This document shows, in pieces, positions 32,202 through 41,815 of a stretch of DNA of 64,000 nt. The notes beneath the pieces are model-generated. The model saw nothing but the letters and a program-made list of their open reading frames with translations. It had not been told where the DNA came from and searched no databases. Both the position numbers and the translations under genes were made by a program. This stretch comes from Clostridia bacterium (lineage in GTDB: Bacteria; Bacillota; Clostridia; JAAYHZ01): positions 243,263 through 307,262 of the forward strand of contig JBMNIH010000007.1 of assembly GCA_050950825.1 (NCBI GenBank), written 5' to 3'. The stretch's first letter is position 1. Every line of letters begins with the position of its first letter.

Positions 32202-33182
32202 ATGGCCCTGAAGAGCTTTATCGGTCAAAAGAAGATTACGGACAAGCTGCGTCGAGCCCTAAGCTTAGGCACCTTGTCGCATTCTTACCTGTTCAGCGGT
32301 CCGGAAGGCATCGGTAAAAAGACCTTGGCTCGAGCCTTTGCTTCGGAGTTGGTATGTACGTCCCCCGATACCAACGGTCCGTGCGGAAATTGCAATGCAT
32401 GTAAAATGTTTCGTGCAGGCATACCTACGGACTATTTTTGGTTGCAGCCGGAGGGGGACCATGTCAGCGTAGACGATATACGAAATATCCAAAGCGATAT
32501 CGTCATACGCCCCATGTATTCGGAAAGAAAAATATACGTAATAACCGGGGGAGATACCATGACGGTTCAAGCGCAGAATTGTCTTCTGAAAACATTAGAG
32601 GAGCCCCCCGGATATGCCGTTATTATTCTATTAGCGGAAAAAAGCGAATCCTTGCTTCCTACCGTCATGTCTCGTGTCATTCATTACGAATTGGAAAAGT
32701 ATACGAAAGAAGACCTTTCCGCCATCCTTGCTCAAAACGATATTCGGATAAGCCCGGAATTTTTGAATGCGGTTTACGGCTACAGCGAAGGAGTTCCCGG
32801 AAAGGCCATGGATTTGATCCGGTCGGAAGATTTCGTGCAAATGCGAGAAGACATGATTCGGTTGATTTTAGAATTAATCGGTGATAAACTGAACATAATC
32901 GATTGGGCTAACTATTTTGAGAATTATAAAGAAAAGTTTGCGATTTTATTGAATATACTGCAGCTCTTCTACCGAGATGCACTTATGATTATAAATTCAA
33001 ATAAGAATAGCATCATCAATGCCGACAAGGAGGATATCGCGGAAAAGATCGCGAAAAGCCTTGACGGAAGGGAAATAATTCGAAATATCCAACATATCAG
33101 TGAAACTCAAGTGAACATTAAAAGAAACGCAAATTATAGGTTAGCCTTGGAGAATATGTTATTAAACCTTACGGAGGAATGA
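32202..33182 (+). CDS. holB: DNA polymerase III delta' subunit
   Basis: HSYLFSGPEGIGK, CGNCNAC, AQNCLLKTLEEPP. Confidence 0.93.
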   Translation: MALKSFIGQKKITDKLRRALSLGTLSHSYLFSGPEGIGKKTLARAFASELVCTSPDTNGPCGNCNACKMFRAGIPTDYFWLQPEGDHVSVDDIRNIQSDIVIRPMYSERKIYVITGGDTMTVQAQNCLLKTLEEPPGYAVIILLAEKSESLLPTVMSRVIHYELEKYTKEDLSAILAQNDIRISPEFLNAVYGYSEGVPGKAMDLIRSEDFVQMREDMIRLILELIGDKLNIIDWANYFENYKEKFAILLNILQLFYRDALMIINSNKNSIINADKEDIAEKIAKSLDGREIIRNIQHISETQVNIKRNANYRLALENMLLNLTEE

Positions 33183-33185
33183 CAC

Positions 33186-34082
33186 ATGGCTAGAATTGTC
33201 GGCGTTAGGTTTAAAAAAGTAGGCAAGATCTACTATTTTAGTCCTGACGATTTAGATATAAAGGTAAACGATAATGTAATTGTGGAGACGGCTCGCGGTA
33301 TCGAGTTCGGTACCGTAGTCGTAGGGATCCGGGATATTCCGGATGAAGAATTGATTCACCCTTTGAAAAAGGTGCTCCGGGTAGCGACGTCGGAGGATTT
33401 GGAAAAACACCAAGAGAATGCGCAAAAAGAAAAAGAAGCCTTCAAGATTTGTTTGGAGAAAATAGAAAAGCATAAGCTTCCCATGAAGCTGGTGGATGTG
33501 GAATACACCTTTGATAACAACAAAATACTCTTTTACTTTACGGCGGAAGGAAGGGTGGACTTCCGAGAGCTGGTGAAGGATTTGGCTTCGGTGTTCCGTA
33601 CAAGAATCGAGCTGAGGCAAATCGGTGTTCGAGACGAAGCCAAAATGACCGGAAGCATCGGTATTTGCGGAAGAATGCTTTGCTGCAATTCATTTTTAGG
33701 CGAGTTCCAACCGGTATCCATAAAAATGGCAAAGGAACAAGGATTGTCTTTGAATCCCGCGAAGATCTCGGGAGCTTGCGGTCGTTTGATGTGCTGCTTG
33801 AAATACGAGCAGGAATCTTACGAATACTTAATTGATAAGATGCCCACAATAGGGTCGGAAGTATCTACTCCGAAGGGTGTCGGCGAAGTGATCGGCGTGG
33901 AGCTGTTAAAAGAAAAGGTTAAAGTCAAGTTTGTAACCAACGACGTTATCCAAACGGAAGTATTTCATGCGGATGACATTACGGTATTGAAGAAGACGGA
34001 AACCGATACGCCGCCTTCGGTGATTCCGCCCGATTTGGAAGAAGAAGTTGACATCAACGCATTGAAGAGCTTGGAAGATTAA
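33186..34082 (+). CDS. ricT: PSP1 domain protein RicT/YaaT
   Basis: RVDFRELVKDLA, RIELRQIGVRDE, CGRMLCC, CGRLMCCL. Confidence 0.95.
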   Translation: MARIVGVRFKKVGKIYYFSPDDLDIKVNDNVIVETARGIEFGTVVVGIRDIPDEELIHPLKKVLRVATSEDLEKHQENAQKEKEAFKICLEKIEKHKLPMKLVDVEYTFDNNKILFYFTAEGRVDFRELVKDLASVFRTRIELRQIGVRDEAKMTGSIGICGRMLCCNSFLGEFQPVSIKMAKEQGLSLNPAKISGACGRLMCCLKYEQESYEYLIDKMPTIGSEVSTPKGVGEVIGVELLKEKVKVKFVTNDVIQTEVFHADDITVLKKTETDTPPSVIPPDLEEEVDINALKSLED

Positions 34083-34137
34083 TTGACGCGGATCAAATCC
34101 TATACATGTACTTAATTGGACGGGTTTACAAAAAGAA

Positions 34138-35535
34138 ATGACGGATCAATTTGTCAAGAACCAAACGGTAGAAGTCGATATCACCGGGATGTCCCACCAA
34201 GGATTTGGTGTGGGCAGAGTGGGAGATTTTGTGGTATTTATCGAAGAAGCTCTGCCCGGTGAGAGAATAAAAGGAAAGCTTGTATCGATTAAAAAAGATT
34301 ATGCTTACGCCATTATACAGGAGATTATAAAGGAAAGCCCTGATCGCAGGGCTCCTTTTTGTCCTGTCTTCGGTTTGTGCGGAGGTTGCAGTCTCCAGCA
34401 CATGAGCTATGAAAGCCAATTAAGAAACAAAACGCAGCGTGTCGATGATTGCATGAAGCGTATCGGCGGATTTGAGAATGTCCCCGTATTGCCTTGCATA
34501 GGCATGGAAGACCCCTTTGATTACCGCAATAAAGTGCAATTGGTGGTAAGCGGTTCGGGATTAGGTAAAAAAAGAAACAACAGAGGCTTAAGCGCCGGCT
34601 TTTATGCAAGGCGGACCCACCAAGTGGTGTATACGGAAAGGTGCCGAATTCAACCCGAGATAGCGGATCAAATAAAGGACACCGTATTGCTTTACATGAA
34701 AAGCAATAACATATCGGTTTATGACGAAACCAAGCACAAGGGATTGGTTCGCCATATTATGATACGAAAAAGCGTCAACACCGACGATATTATGGTGGCC
34801 ATTGTGGCAACCGAGAATAACCGTTCCTTTATGAAAGGCTTAACGGATTTTCTTGTGTCCTTTTTCCCGGATATAAAGACGGTGGTGTTGAATTTGAATG
34901 ATAAAGTCACCAATGTCATATTGGGGGACGAATGCATCCATTACTACGGGGACGGAACCATCGAAGAAAAGATCAACGATTTGACATTCCGCATATCCGT
35001 TTTGTCTTTCTTCCAAGTCAATACCGTTCAAATGAAGGTTCTGTATGACAAAGTAAAAGAATTCGCAGCGCTTACCGGAGATGAAACCGTTTGGGATTTA
35101 TATTGCGGCGCCGGAACCATCGGTCTTTATTTGGCTCATCAGGCCAAGAAGGTAATCGGTATTGAAGCGGTTCCCGAAGCCGTTGAGAATGCAAGAGAAA
35201 ATGCTCTGATAAACAAAATCGACAATGCGGAATTTATTGTCGGCAAGGCGGAAGATAAAATTGAGGAGCTTGTACAAAAGGCTAAAGACCACATCCCCGA
35301 TCTTGTCATCGTAGATCCTCCTCGAAAAGGATGTCACCAACGCCTTCTAGACGCCCTATGTGAACTTAAGGCTCCTAAACTCATCTATGTTTCATGTAAC
35401 CCTTCCACGTTGGCAAGAGACTTACAACACCTTACGCAACACGGCCAATACGAAATACAAAAAGTGCAGCCTGTAGACATGTTCCCGTGGACAGAGCACG
35501 TTGAGTGCGTAGTAATGATGTCAAGGGAAAAATAG
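34138..35535 (+). CDS. rlmD: 23S rRNA (uracil-1939-C5)-methyltransferase
   Basis: TRAM domain, CGGC, SFFQVN, DLYCGAG, VDPPRKG, YVSCNP, VDMFPWTEHVE. Confidence 0.96.
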   Translation: MTDQFVKNQTVEVDITGMSHQGFGVGRVGDFVVFIEEALPGERIKGKLVSIKKDYAYAIIQEIIKESPDRRAPFCPVFGLCGGCSLQHMSYESQLRNKTQRVDDCMKRIGGFENVPVLPCIGMEDPFDYRNKVQLVVSGSGLGKKRNNRGLSAGFYARRTHQVVYTERCRIQPEIADQIKDTVLLYMKSNNISVYDETKHKGLVRHIMIRKSVNTDDIMVAIVATENNRSFMKGLTDFLVSFFPDIKTVVLNLNDKVTNVILGDECIHYYGDGTIEEKINDLTFRISVLSFFQVNTVQMKVLYDKVKEFAALTGDETVWDLYCGAGTIGLYLAHQAKKVIGIEAVPEAVENARENALINKIDNAEFIVGKAEDKIEELVQKAKDHIPDLVIVDPPRKGCHQRLLDALCELKAPKLIYVSCNPSTLARDLQHLTQHGQYEIQKVQPVDMFPWTEHVECVVMMSREK

Positions 35536-35621
35536 CAAGTGTAAAAAAGGCCTTGATATAAGGGAATTTCGAGGTTTCCACCTAGAAAAACACTGCATAT
35601 AAATTACCGGATTTTCACTTC

Positions 35622-35776
35622 ATGAGAACAGGTCTGAACAGCTAAAAAACCTTGTGATAGAGCGATTTAGATGTCAGCGCTTTGTGAGTGTACAGGTTAG
35701 ATGTCAGCCTTCGCGAGTGGACGATTTAGATGTTTTTTCAGATTTTTTTGAGGTTGTGTGGTCAGGTTGGATGTTG
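35622..35776 (+). repeat. Degenerate direct-repeat array, consensus ~TGWGTGGAC(AGG/GAT)TTAGATGTCAGC
   Basis: TTAGATGT/TTGGATGT cores at 35667, 35697, 35726, 35767 and a decayed unit near 35622. Confidence 0.75.
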
Positions 35777-35937
35777 GTATAATAAGTTGTAAAATAGGCT
35801 AATCAACATTGTGGGAATATACTTATATGTTTATTAGCTATTATACAATAAGAAAAGATGAATCTATACTCAATATTAAAATTTTAGCAAATAATATTTT
35901 GATAAAACAATGAGTGGAAAGGTGGTTGTTATGATTT

Positions 35938-36777
35938 ATGGAATGTGTATATTCTCTTTTAGTTGGAGCTTTAAAGGTATTTAATGACTTTAGTTGGAGC
36001 ACTGAAAAAGTTGAATTTACGTATGACTATAAAGCGATACGATTTAAAGAATTAATGAATAAATATAAAATACATGAAGTTGCAGGTAATGGAAGTGAAC
36101 TCGAAAAAGCTATAAATTTACTGCAGTGGTGTAGTAAAAATGTACTTCATAATGGTGGAACAAAGGACGTTGAGTTTATTCCTAAAACGTCTATTGATAT
36201 TCTTGATTATTCTTATCAAAAAGGTCGTGAGTTTGGCGTCTATTGTCGTCTTCAAGCTATTGTATTTACAGAATGTTGTCTTGCATTGGGTATAAAGTCA
36301 AGAATATTGCATTGCTTGCCTTATTCTCCCTATGATTTTGATACACACGTAGTTTCTATGGTTTACATAAAAGATTTATCAAAATGGATTCTATTTGACC
36401 CTGGTAATAACCGTTATTTTATTGATGAAATGGACAATATTTTGTCTCCGTTGGAAATTCGTAGCCGTTTAGCCAATGACAGATTTATTAAATGTAATAT
36501 TCAAGATGACAACTATAAAGCTTATATGGCGAAAAATCTGTTTTATTTTAAATCCTTGCAAATCAATACTTTTGGTTCGGATTTGCAAACAAATCAAAAA
36601 ACTATTTACTGTATTCCTAACGGTTTTAATGCGTTGGATAGAGAAGTAGCATATTGTGAATATGCTATAAAAAACAGCCCTGATTATTTGATTGATGATT
36701 GGAAAAAAGCACTTAATGATTATAAAAACAGAACATATTTTATTAATTTAAGTGCAGAAGATTTCTTTGGTAACTGA
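35938..36777 (+). CDS. Transglutaminase-like domain protein
   Basis: YCRLQA..CCLALGIKSR, HVV, WILFDP Cys-His-Asp triad pattern. Confidence 0.8.
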   Translation: MECVYSLLVGALKVFNDFSWSTEKVEFTYDYKAIRFKELMNKYKIHEVAGNGSELEKAINLLQWCSKNVLHNGGTKDVEFIPKTSIDILDYSYQKGREFGVYCRLQAIVFTECCLALGIKSRILHCLPYSPYDFDTHVVSMVYIKDLSKWILFDPGNNRYFIDEMDNILSPLEIRSRLANDRFIKCNIQDDNYKAYMAKNLFYFKSLQINTFGSDLQTNQKTIYCIPNGFNALDREVAYCEYAIKNSPDYLIDDWKKALNDYKNRTYFINLSAEDFFGN

Positions 36778-36833
36778 ACATATTCAACAAGGCATATCTT
36801 AACCTAATAATCTGTTATTTCGGAGGTTTTGCC

Positions 36834-37805
36834 ATGGCCGATCACAACAAAATAATCCACTATATACCACCCATGCCTCCAAAGCGTGAAAAACGAGTAG
36901 GCATATATTGCCGCGTGAGTACAAACAGTGTTGATCAATTGAAAAGCCTTACTACTCAAGTCTCAGCGCTAACAAGATTAGTTGCAGCAAATCCTAAATG
37001 GCTACTGGTTGATGTATATCTTGACGTTGCCTCTAGTAAGACCGGTTCTACCAGGAAAGAATTTACCCGTATGCTGCAAGACTGCAAATCACGCGATATA
37101 GAAATTGTTTTGACAAAGAGTATCAGCCGGTTTGGTCGTGATACGGTGGAAATTCTCGATGCATTGAACCAGCTAAGAAATCTCGGCGTTCGTGTTATAT
37201 TTGAACAGGAAGTACTTGATACAGCCGATACAGATAATGACCTTTTGATTTCAATTATCGAATCAATAGCGCAGGCAGAAAATGAATCACGCAGTGAAAA
37301 TATTAAGTGGGGAATCAAACAACGCGCTGCGCAAGGTACCTCAAAACTTTATAACAGAAAATGCTATGGATATTACAATGATGAAGATGGCAATCTGGCA
37401 ATTAATGAGTCAGAGGCAAAAAATGTTCGATTAATATATAACCTATACCTACAGGGCAAGAGTGTTATAGGTATTGTAAAAGAACTTAAACGGCTGGGGA
37501 TCAAATCCCCTACCGGAAAGGACACTTGGCCCAAAAGATCAATTGATGTAATCCTTAGTAACGAAAAGTACATCGGAAATGCTCGGCTGTTGGATGACGG
37601 AAAACATAGCTCATATTATTTAGCTGAAGACAATAATCCGGCAATAATCTCTAAGGAAACATTTCAAGCAGTGCAGATTGAAAAACAGCACCGGAGTAAT
37701 GTTATTAAAAAGCGAAGAAGGAGTCCAGAGAAAAAGCAAAAAATACAGCTCAAAAAGGTAAAAAACAAAAATAGCCTAATTGAAAATCATTTCTTGAGTG
37801 CATAG
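36834..37805 (+). CDS. Serine recombinase (resolvase plus recombinase domain); probable +1 indel near the C-terminus
   Basis: YCRVST, TKSISRFGR, AQAENESRSENIKWG, ILSNEKYIG; A5 at 37707-37711 shifts an alternative tail SEEGVQRKSKKYSSKR. Confidence 0.92.
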   Translation: MADHNKIIHYIPPMPPKREKRVGIYCRVSTNSVDQLKSLTTQVSALTRLVAANPKWLLVDVYLDVASSKTGSTRKEFTRMLQDCKSRDIEIVLTKSISRFGRDTVEILDALNQLRNLGVRVIFEQEVLDTADTDNDLLISIIESIAQAENESRSENIKWGIKQRAAQGTSKLYNRKCYGYYNDEDGNLAINESEAKNVRLIYNLYLQGKSVIGIVKELKRLGIKSPTGKDTWPKRSIDVILSNEKYIGNARLLDDGKHSSYYLAEDNNPAIISKETFQAVQIEKQHRSNVIKKRRRSPEKKQKIQLKKVKNKNSLIENHFLSA

Positions 37806-37879
37806 GTTGGATATAATAGCAGCTAAAATACAGCATTTTTCCTTTATTTGTGGGAATGTGTGAAATAGCCTAAAAATTT

Positions 37880-37921
37880 CATGTGGAGTGTGTAACATTG
37901 ATGTCAAGAGTTAAGAAATAA
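37880..37921 (+). other. Second copy of the rlmD 3' end (attachment-site remnant)
   Basis: Encodes HVECVTLMSRVKK* versus HVECVVMMSREK* in rlmD. Confidence 0.85.
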
Positions 37922-38156
37922 AAAACTGAAAAGCTTGTAAATAAAGGGTTTCCAGACATTTAGCTTTTCTCAAGGCCGATCTGCCGGATGTGGCAATGTC
38001 AGGGAACCCTTAATTTTATTGCTTGTGGGAACATATCAAAAACCTTGAAAATTTATAGTTGAGTTACCAGATTAGATAACTGCTTATTTTTCAAGGGGTT
38101 GAGGATATAGGATGGATGTATTACTGCTTATTATCTTTATGCGATAAAACACATGA

Positions 38157-39191
38157 TTATAATAACATCTTTTCTACTATTGCGTTCAACTGTTTTGATA
38201 TGTTGGAAAAGTCAGTATTCAAGTCCAAAGTTTTAACGCTAATACGATTACCGCCGATAATATAATCGTTGTCCGGTACAATATCTTCATCAGTTTTGGC
38301 ATAAAGCAAAAGGCCGCTTATATTTCCCGAACGAGCTAAATCCATGTTTTTTACATAAGTAAATATCTGATACAAATTGTGAGAATGGATTGTTTGGCTG
38401 TTGAACAAGCTGTTTATCTGCATGGTCTTCTCATAGTATTTTGTGTCTATAATGAGTGTTTTGCCCCGATATCGAAGAGTTATATCTGATTTCATAGTAG
38501 GTAAATATTCTATTTCTCCACCGTCGACATCCCAGTCAATAATGGTGGATGAAGCATTAAACTGGGGATAATGCCTACGATAATATTCCAACACAAATTT
38601 TTCATAAAGCCTGTGCATATGCTGGTCGTCTACATAGCGGGCCAACTTTCGGGAACCGTCCTGCTCGGTCATTAGCATACCTTCGATAACTAGATAGCAG
38701 ATATTCAGCAGCATTTTATAGGTGGCATTATTCCTATGGTATCTGATACTCGACCATTGAATTCTGCGCGGATTTATTTCATCAACATTACTGAAATAAA
38801 GCATTGTTTTCCTTAAGGCTTTTTTATGCTGCGTTGATACTTCCGGACAGCGTATCAAAAGCATTGCAGTGGTTTTGAGTATTTTATTCAAGTAACTGTT
38901 TTCTGTAAACTCATCATAATCACAGACCAGTTTCTTTTTAAGCATGGAATTCTGTACAATGGAGGCTGAGACATTGATTTTACCTGCAGGTGAAATAACG
39001 GCTTCTGTTTTGCTGATATACTCCCTACTTAATCCCCTTTTGATTTGGCTGGCGATACCTTTGGAAAGAATTGCTGCAAATAAATCAGAAGTATATTCGA
39101 AATCTTCAGTTGCTACTTGTTTATAGCCTTCTTCATTTAAGACATGAAAAGCATAAGCAAGCATATAGTATATATTTTGAATTCTAATCAT
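38157..39191 (-). CDS. mcrC: McrC restriction endonuclease subunit
   Basis: IQNIYYMLAYAF, LYEKFV, KSDI..IIDTKYY, LYQIFTY; overlaps mcrB stop. Confidence 0.92.
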   Translation of the reverse strand: MIRIQNIYYMLAYAFHVLNEEGYKQVATEDFEYTSDLFAAILSKGIASQIKRGLSREYISKTEAVISPAGKINVSASIVQNSMLKKKLVCDYDEFTENSYLNKILKTTAMLLIRCPEVSTQHKKALRKTMLYFSNVDEINPRRIQWSSIRYHRNNATYKMLLNICYLVIEGMLMTEQDGSRKLARYVDDQHMHRLYEKFVLEYYRRHYPQFNASSTIIDWDVDGGEIEYLPTMKSDITLRYRGKTLIIDTKYYEKTMQINSLFNSQTIHSHNLYQIFTYVKNMDLARSGNISGLLLYAKTDEDIVPDNDYIIGGNRISVKTLDLNTDFSNISKQLNAIVEKMLL

Positions 39192-41799
39192 ACAAAGCCT
39201 CACTCAGCCTTTTTGTCCACTGTTCTATTTTGGATGGTTCGTCAAACCAATATTCGTTTAAAAGAGGCAACAATTCATACTTAATAACGGATTCCAGCCA
39301 TTCGTCGGTTACCTCACTATTTGTGCACAGATAACTGTGTCCAATTCTGAACCCACTGCCAAGGGATTCATCCTTGCAGATAAAGTCATTCAAAGCTTTA
39401 ATTTGCTCAACCAGGGCATTAAACTTGGGGTTGTTTGCTTGCTGTATAATTTTTTTAAACCCTTCAGAGTCAAAAGCAGGCTCGAGTTCAAAGAAAGCGA
39501 ATCTTCTTCTCAAAGCATAATCGATTATGGCAAGGCTGCGGTCGGCAGTATTCATCATACCGATAATGTAGAGATTTTTGGGAACAGAAAATAACTCGTT
39601 GGAGTAAAGAAGGCGTAGTTTTTCACCGCGTTTTTCCTTTTCTATAAGCATCATCAACTCACCAAAAATTTTGCTTACATTGCCGCGGTTAATTTCGTCA
39701 ATGATAAAGAAATAATCCCGTTCATCGTCATCCTGTGCTGTTTTGCAGAACTGGTAAAAAGGCCCGGGGGTAAGCTCAAATCCGTCTTTGGTTGGCCGGA
39801 ATCCCATAATAAAGTCTTCATAGCTGTAACTTTGATGGAATTGAACCATCATAACGCGGCTTGTATCTTTTTGCCCCATTATGGAAAAAGCAAGTCTTTT
39901 GGCAGCAAAAGTTTTACCAACGCCGGGCGCTCCTTGCAGGATGATGTTTTTCTTGGTTTTTAAGAGATTAACCAAAGTATTGTAACGTTCGGCATCCATG
40001 AAAACTTCATTGAGGAAGTTATCTTCGGTGTAGGACTCATACACAATTTCTTTTTCTTCAATATCTACAGAGTCATCATCAATAAAGAGCGCTTCTAGTT
40101 TTTGTACATAATCAGTATAAGGAGTTATGTCGGTAAGGGTTTTCATGACAGCTTGTCCCGGGTGTTCCCACTCCCCGTTATGTGTCCATTTGATTTTACG
40201 AATATGTTTATACTCATCGCGATCTGCGTCAAAAATATAGTCGGATTCAACTATGCCACGCCCGATTACTTTACGCATACCTCTTTTTGCATAAACAATG
40301 TCGCCGACTTTGATCTCATTAGCAAACTGCCATGTGGCAAGGGCTGAATTCGTATATGAGTATTCAGCGCCATACATTTCCTTCATTTTGGCTTTCATGG
40401 CTTCTTTGCTTGGGTATTGTTTAAGGTCGCCTAATTCATCCCACCCAATACCCATAATCCCTTGAGAATAGAATTCTTCCCACTTGGAAGAATTACTACC
40501 TGGGGCGTAAATCCAGTATCGTCTTGGGGAAGCGGATGATATAGCTTCTTCTGTATTCCTTGGTGCCACACGATTGTAGGTACCATTGATAATGCTGTCT
40601 ATTGTATCAGCCTGTTCGATAGTAAGTTTATAGTTAGTAGCGTTGGGGAAATTAATAATACTTACATTTTTCAGCCGGTCATCTGCCAGTAAATCTTCTC
40701 TTTTTATAATAGCATCCGTTATTTTATGCGTCAGTTCAATATCCACGACAGGGCTTTCTCCTGTATTTAATTTGCCGGAAACTGCATAGGGATCAGGTTC
40801 ATTATTTTCTCTGATTTCCGGGTCACAGAGGATAACTCCTGAAGCAACAATGCCCCCCTTAGGGCCTGAAACCCATATATAAGCGCGGTCGCCTTTTTTA
40901 ATCTGATTATGGTATTGCTTTACGCTCCATGTTACAACATCAAGATCCTTAATAGCACCCATAACATCATAGTATTTGGGATTACCTTGAAAAATCCAAC
41001 CTATTTTTTTATCAGCGGTTGAAGTGATATTATTATTCCGTGCTCCCGAAGTTGTTGTAGCCCATGCTATGTGGGACAGTTCGGGAAAACTGTGATAAGG
41101 ACTGTCGCTCTTTGCAAAGATTTCTTTACATACAGTAATGAGATCTAAATAGGTTTTTGCACTTGGAAGCTGCTTCAAGTTAGAAATTTTGGTAATATTC
41201 GCGTAATAAGGAGAGCTATCTTGTGTCAGATAACTTCTGTTACGATCATCAAGGTTTAAGTAGGAAAAGGGGCGTACCCAATACAGTCCCATAGTTAAAT
41301 TCCACTTAATTCCAAGTTGCTTTCTTACTTTATCATAACAGGCTATAAATGCTGACTTGGAGACTTCTGACGGATTGTCTGCATAGTTTAATCCGGCTTC
41401 AAATGTGTCCCATAGGTTGGGAATATCATCTTCTTTTCGCTTACTTTTACCGGCGAAAAACCAGGCCTTCATGTTGTTTAGTACCGGAATGCCGTCAAAT
41501 TCTGTAGGCACTGAAGTCTTAACACCGAGTTTACTGCCAATGCCTTTCATCAAAGCAATACGATTTTCATTGGAAATTCCTTTATTGAAACAGCCAAATA
41601 CGGTAAACGGGCAAATATCATCAATCAGCATACCGCCCTTTTCTATAAACGGATAGCGCAATCCTAAATCGTTATAAACATCTTTTAACAACTCAAGAAG
41701 ATACGAACGATTATTTTTATATGGCAACAGTTTATCAGCAAACTCCATATAAAAAGAAGTCCAGGCAAATTGATTTTTTAATTGAATATTTGAATCCAT
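39184..41799 (-). CDS. mcrB: McrB family AAA+ GTPase with multi-domain N-terminus (EVE-like)
   Basis: GAPGVGKT, QFHQSYSYEDF, IIDEINRG, MNTADRS, ALRRRF, GHSY; WIFQGNPKYY..IKKGDRAYIW EVE-like block. Confidence 0.92.
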   Translation of the reverse strand: MDSNIQLKNQFAWTSFYMEFADKLLPYKNNRSYLLELLKDVYNDLGLRYPFIEKGGMLIDDICPFTVFGCFNKGISNENRIALMKGIGSKLGVKTSVPTEFDGIPVLNNMKAWFFAGKSKRKEDDIPNLWDTFEAGLNYADNPSEVSKSAFIACYDKVRKQLGIKWNLTMGLYWVRPFSYLNLDDRNRSYLTQDSSPYYANITKISNLKQLPSAKTYLDLITVCKEIFAKSDSPYHSFPELSHIAWATTTSGARNNNITSTADKKIGWIFQGNPKYYDVMGAIKDLDVVTWSVKQYHNQIKKGDRAYIWVSGPKGGIVASGVILCDPEIRENNEPDPYAVSGKLNTGESPVVDIELTHKITDAIIKREDLLADDRLKNVSIINFPNATNYKLTIEQADTIDSIINGTYNRVAPRNTEEAISSASPRRYWIYAPGSNSSKWEEFYSQGIMGIGWDELGDLKQYPSKEAMKAKMKEMYGAEYSYTNSALATWQFANEIKVGDIVYAKRGMRKVIGRGIVESDYIFDADRDEYKHIRKIKWTHNGEWEHPGQAVMKTLTDITPYTDYVQKLEALFIDDDSVDIEEKEIVYESYTEDNFLNEVFMDAERYNTLVNLLKTKKNIILQGAPGVGKTFAAKRLAFSIMGQKDTSRVMMVQFHQSYSYEDFIMGFRPTKDGFELTPGPFYQFCKTAQDDDERDYFFIIDEINRGNVSKIFGELMMLIEKEKRGEKLRLLYSNELFSVPKNLYIIGMMNTADRSLAIIDYALRRRFAFFELEPAFDSEGFKKIIQQANNPKFNALVEQIKALNDFICKDESLGSGFRIGHSYLCTNSEVTDEWLESVIKYELLPLLNEYWFDEPSKIEQWTKRLSEALYD

Positions 41800-41815
41800 A
41801 TCTTTGCACCTCTAA

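Larger units (their letters stand above)
35497..37879. mobile_element. ~2.4-kb serine-recombinase integrative mini-element in the rlmD 3' end
   Basis: Bounded by rlmD CACGTTGAGTGCGTA (35497) and a second copy CATGTGGAGTGTGTA (37880); carries one cargo gene plus recombinase; AT-richer than the core. Confidence 0.7.

Noticed and set aside
550-35340. Many short antisense or alternate-frame ORFs in the track
   Set aside because: They overlap well-supported genes and lack RBS or motifs; shadow ORFs
35622-35776. Repeat array as a CRISPR
   Set aside because: Units are degenerate and nearly contiguous with no unique spacers, and no cas genes are in the window
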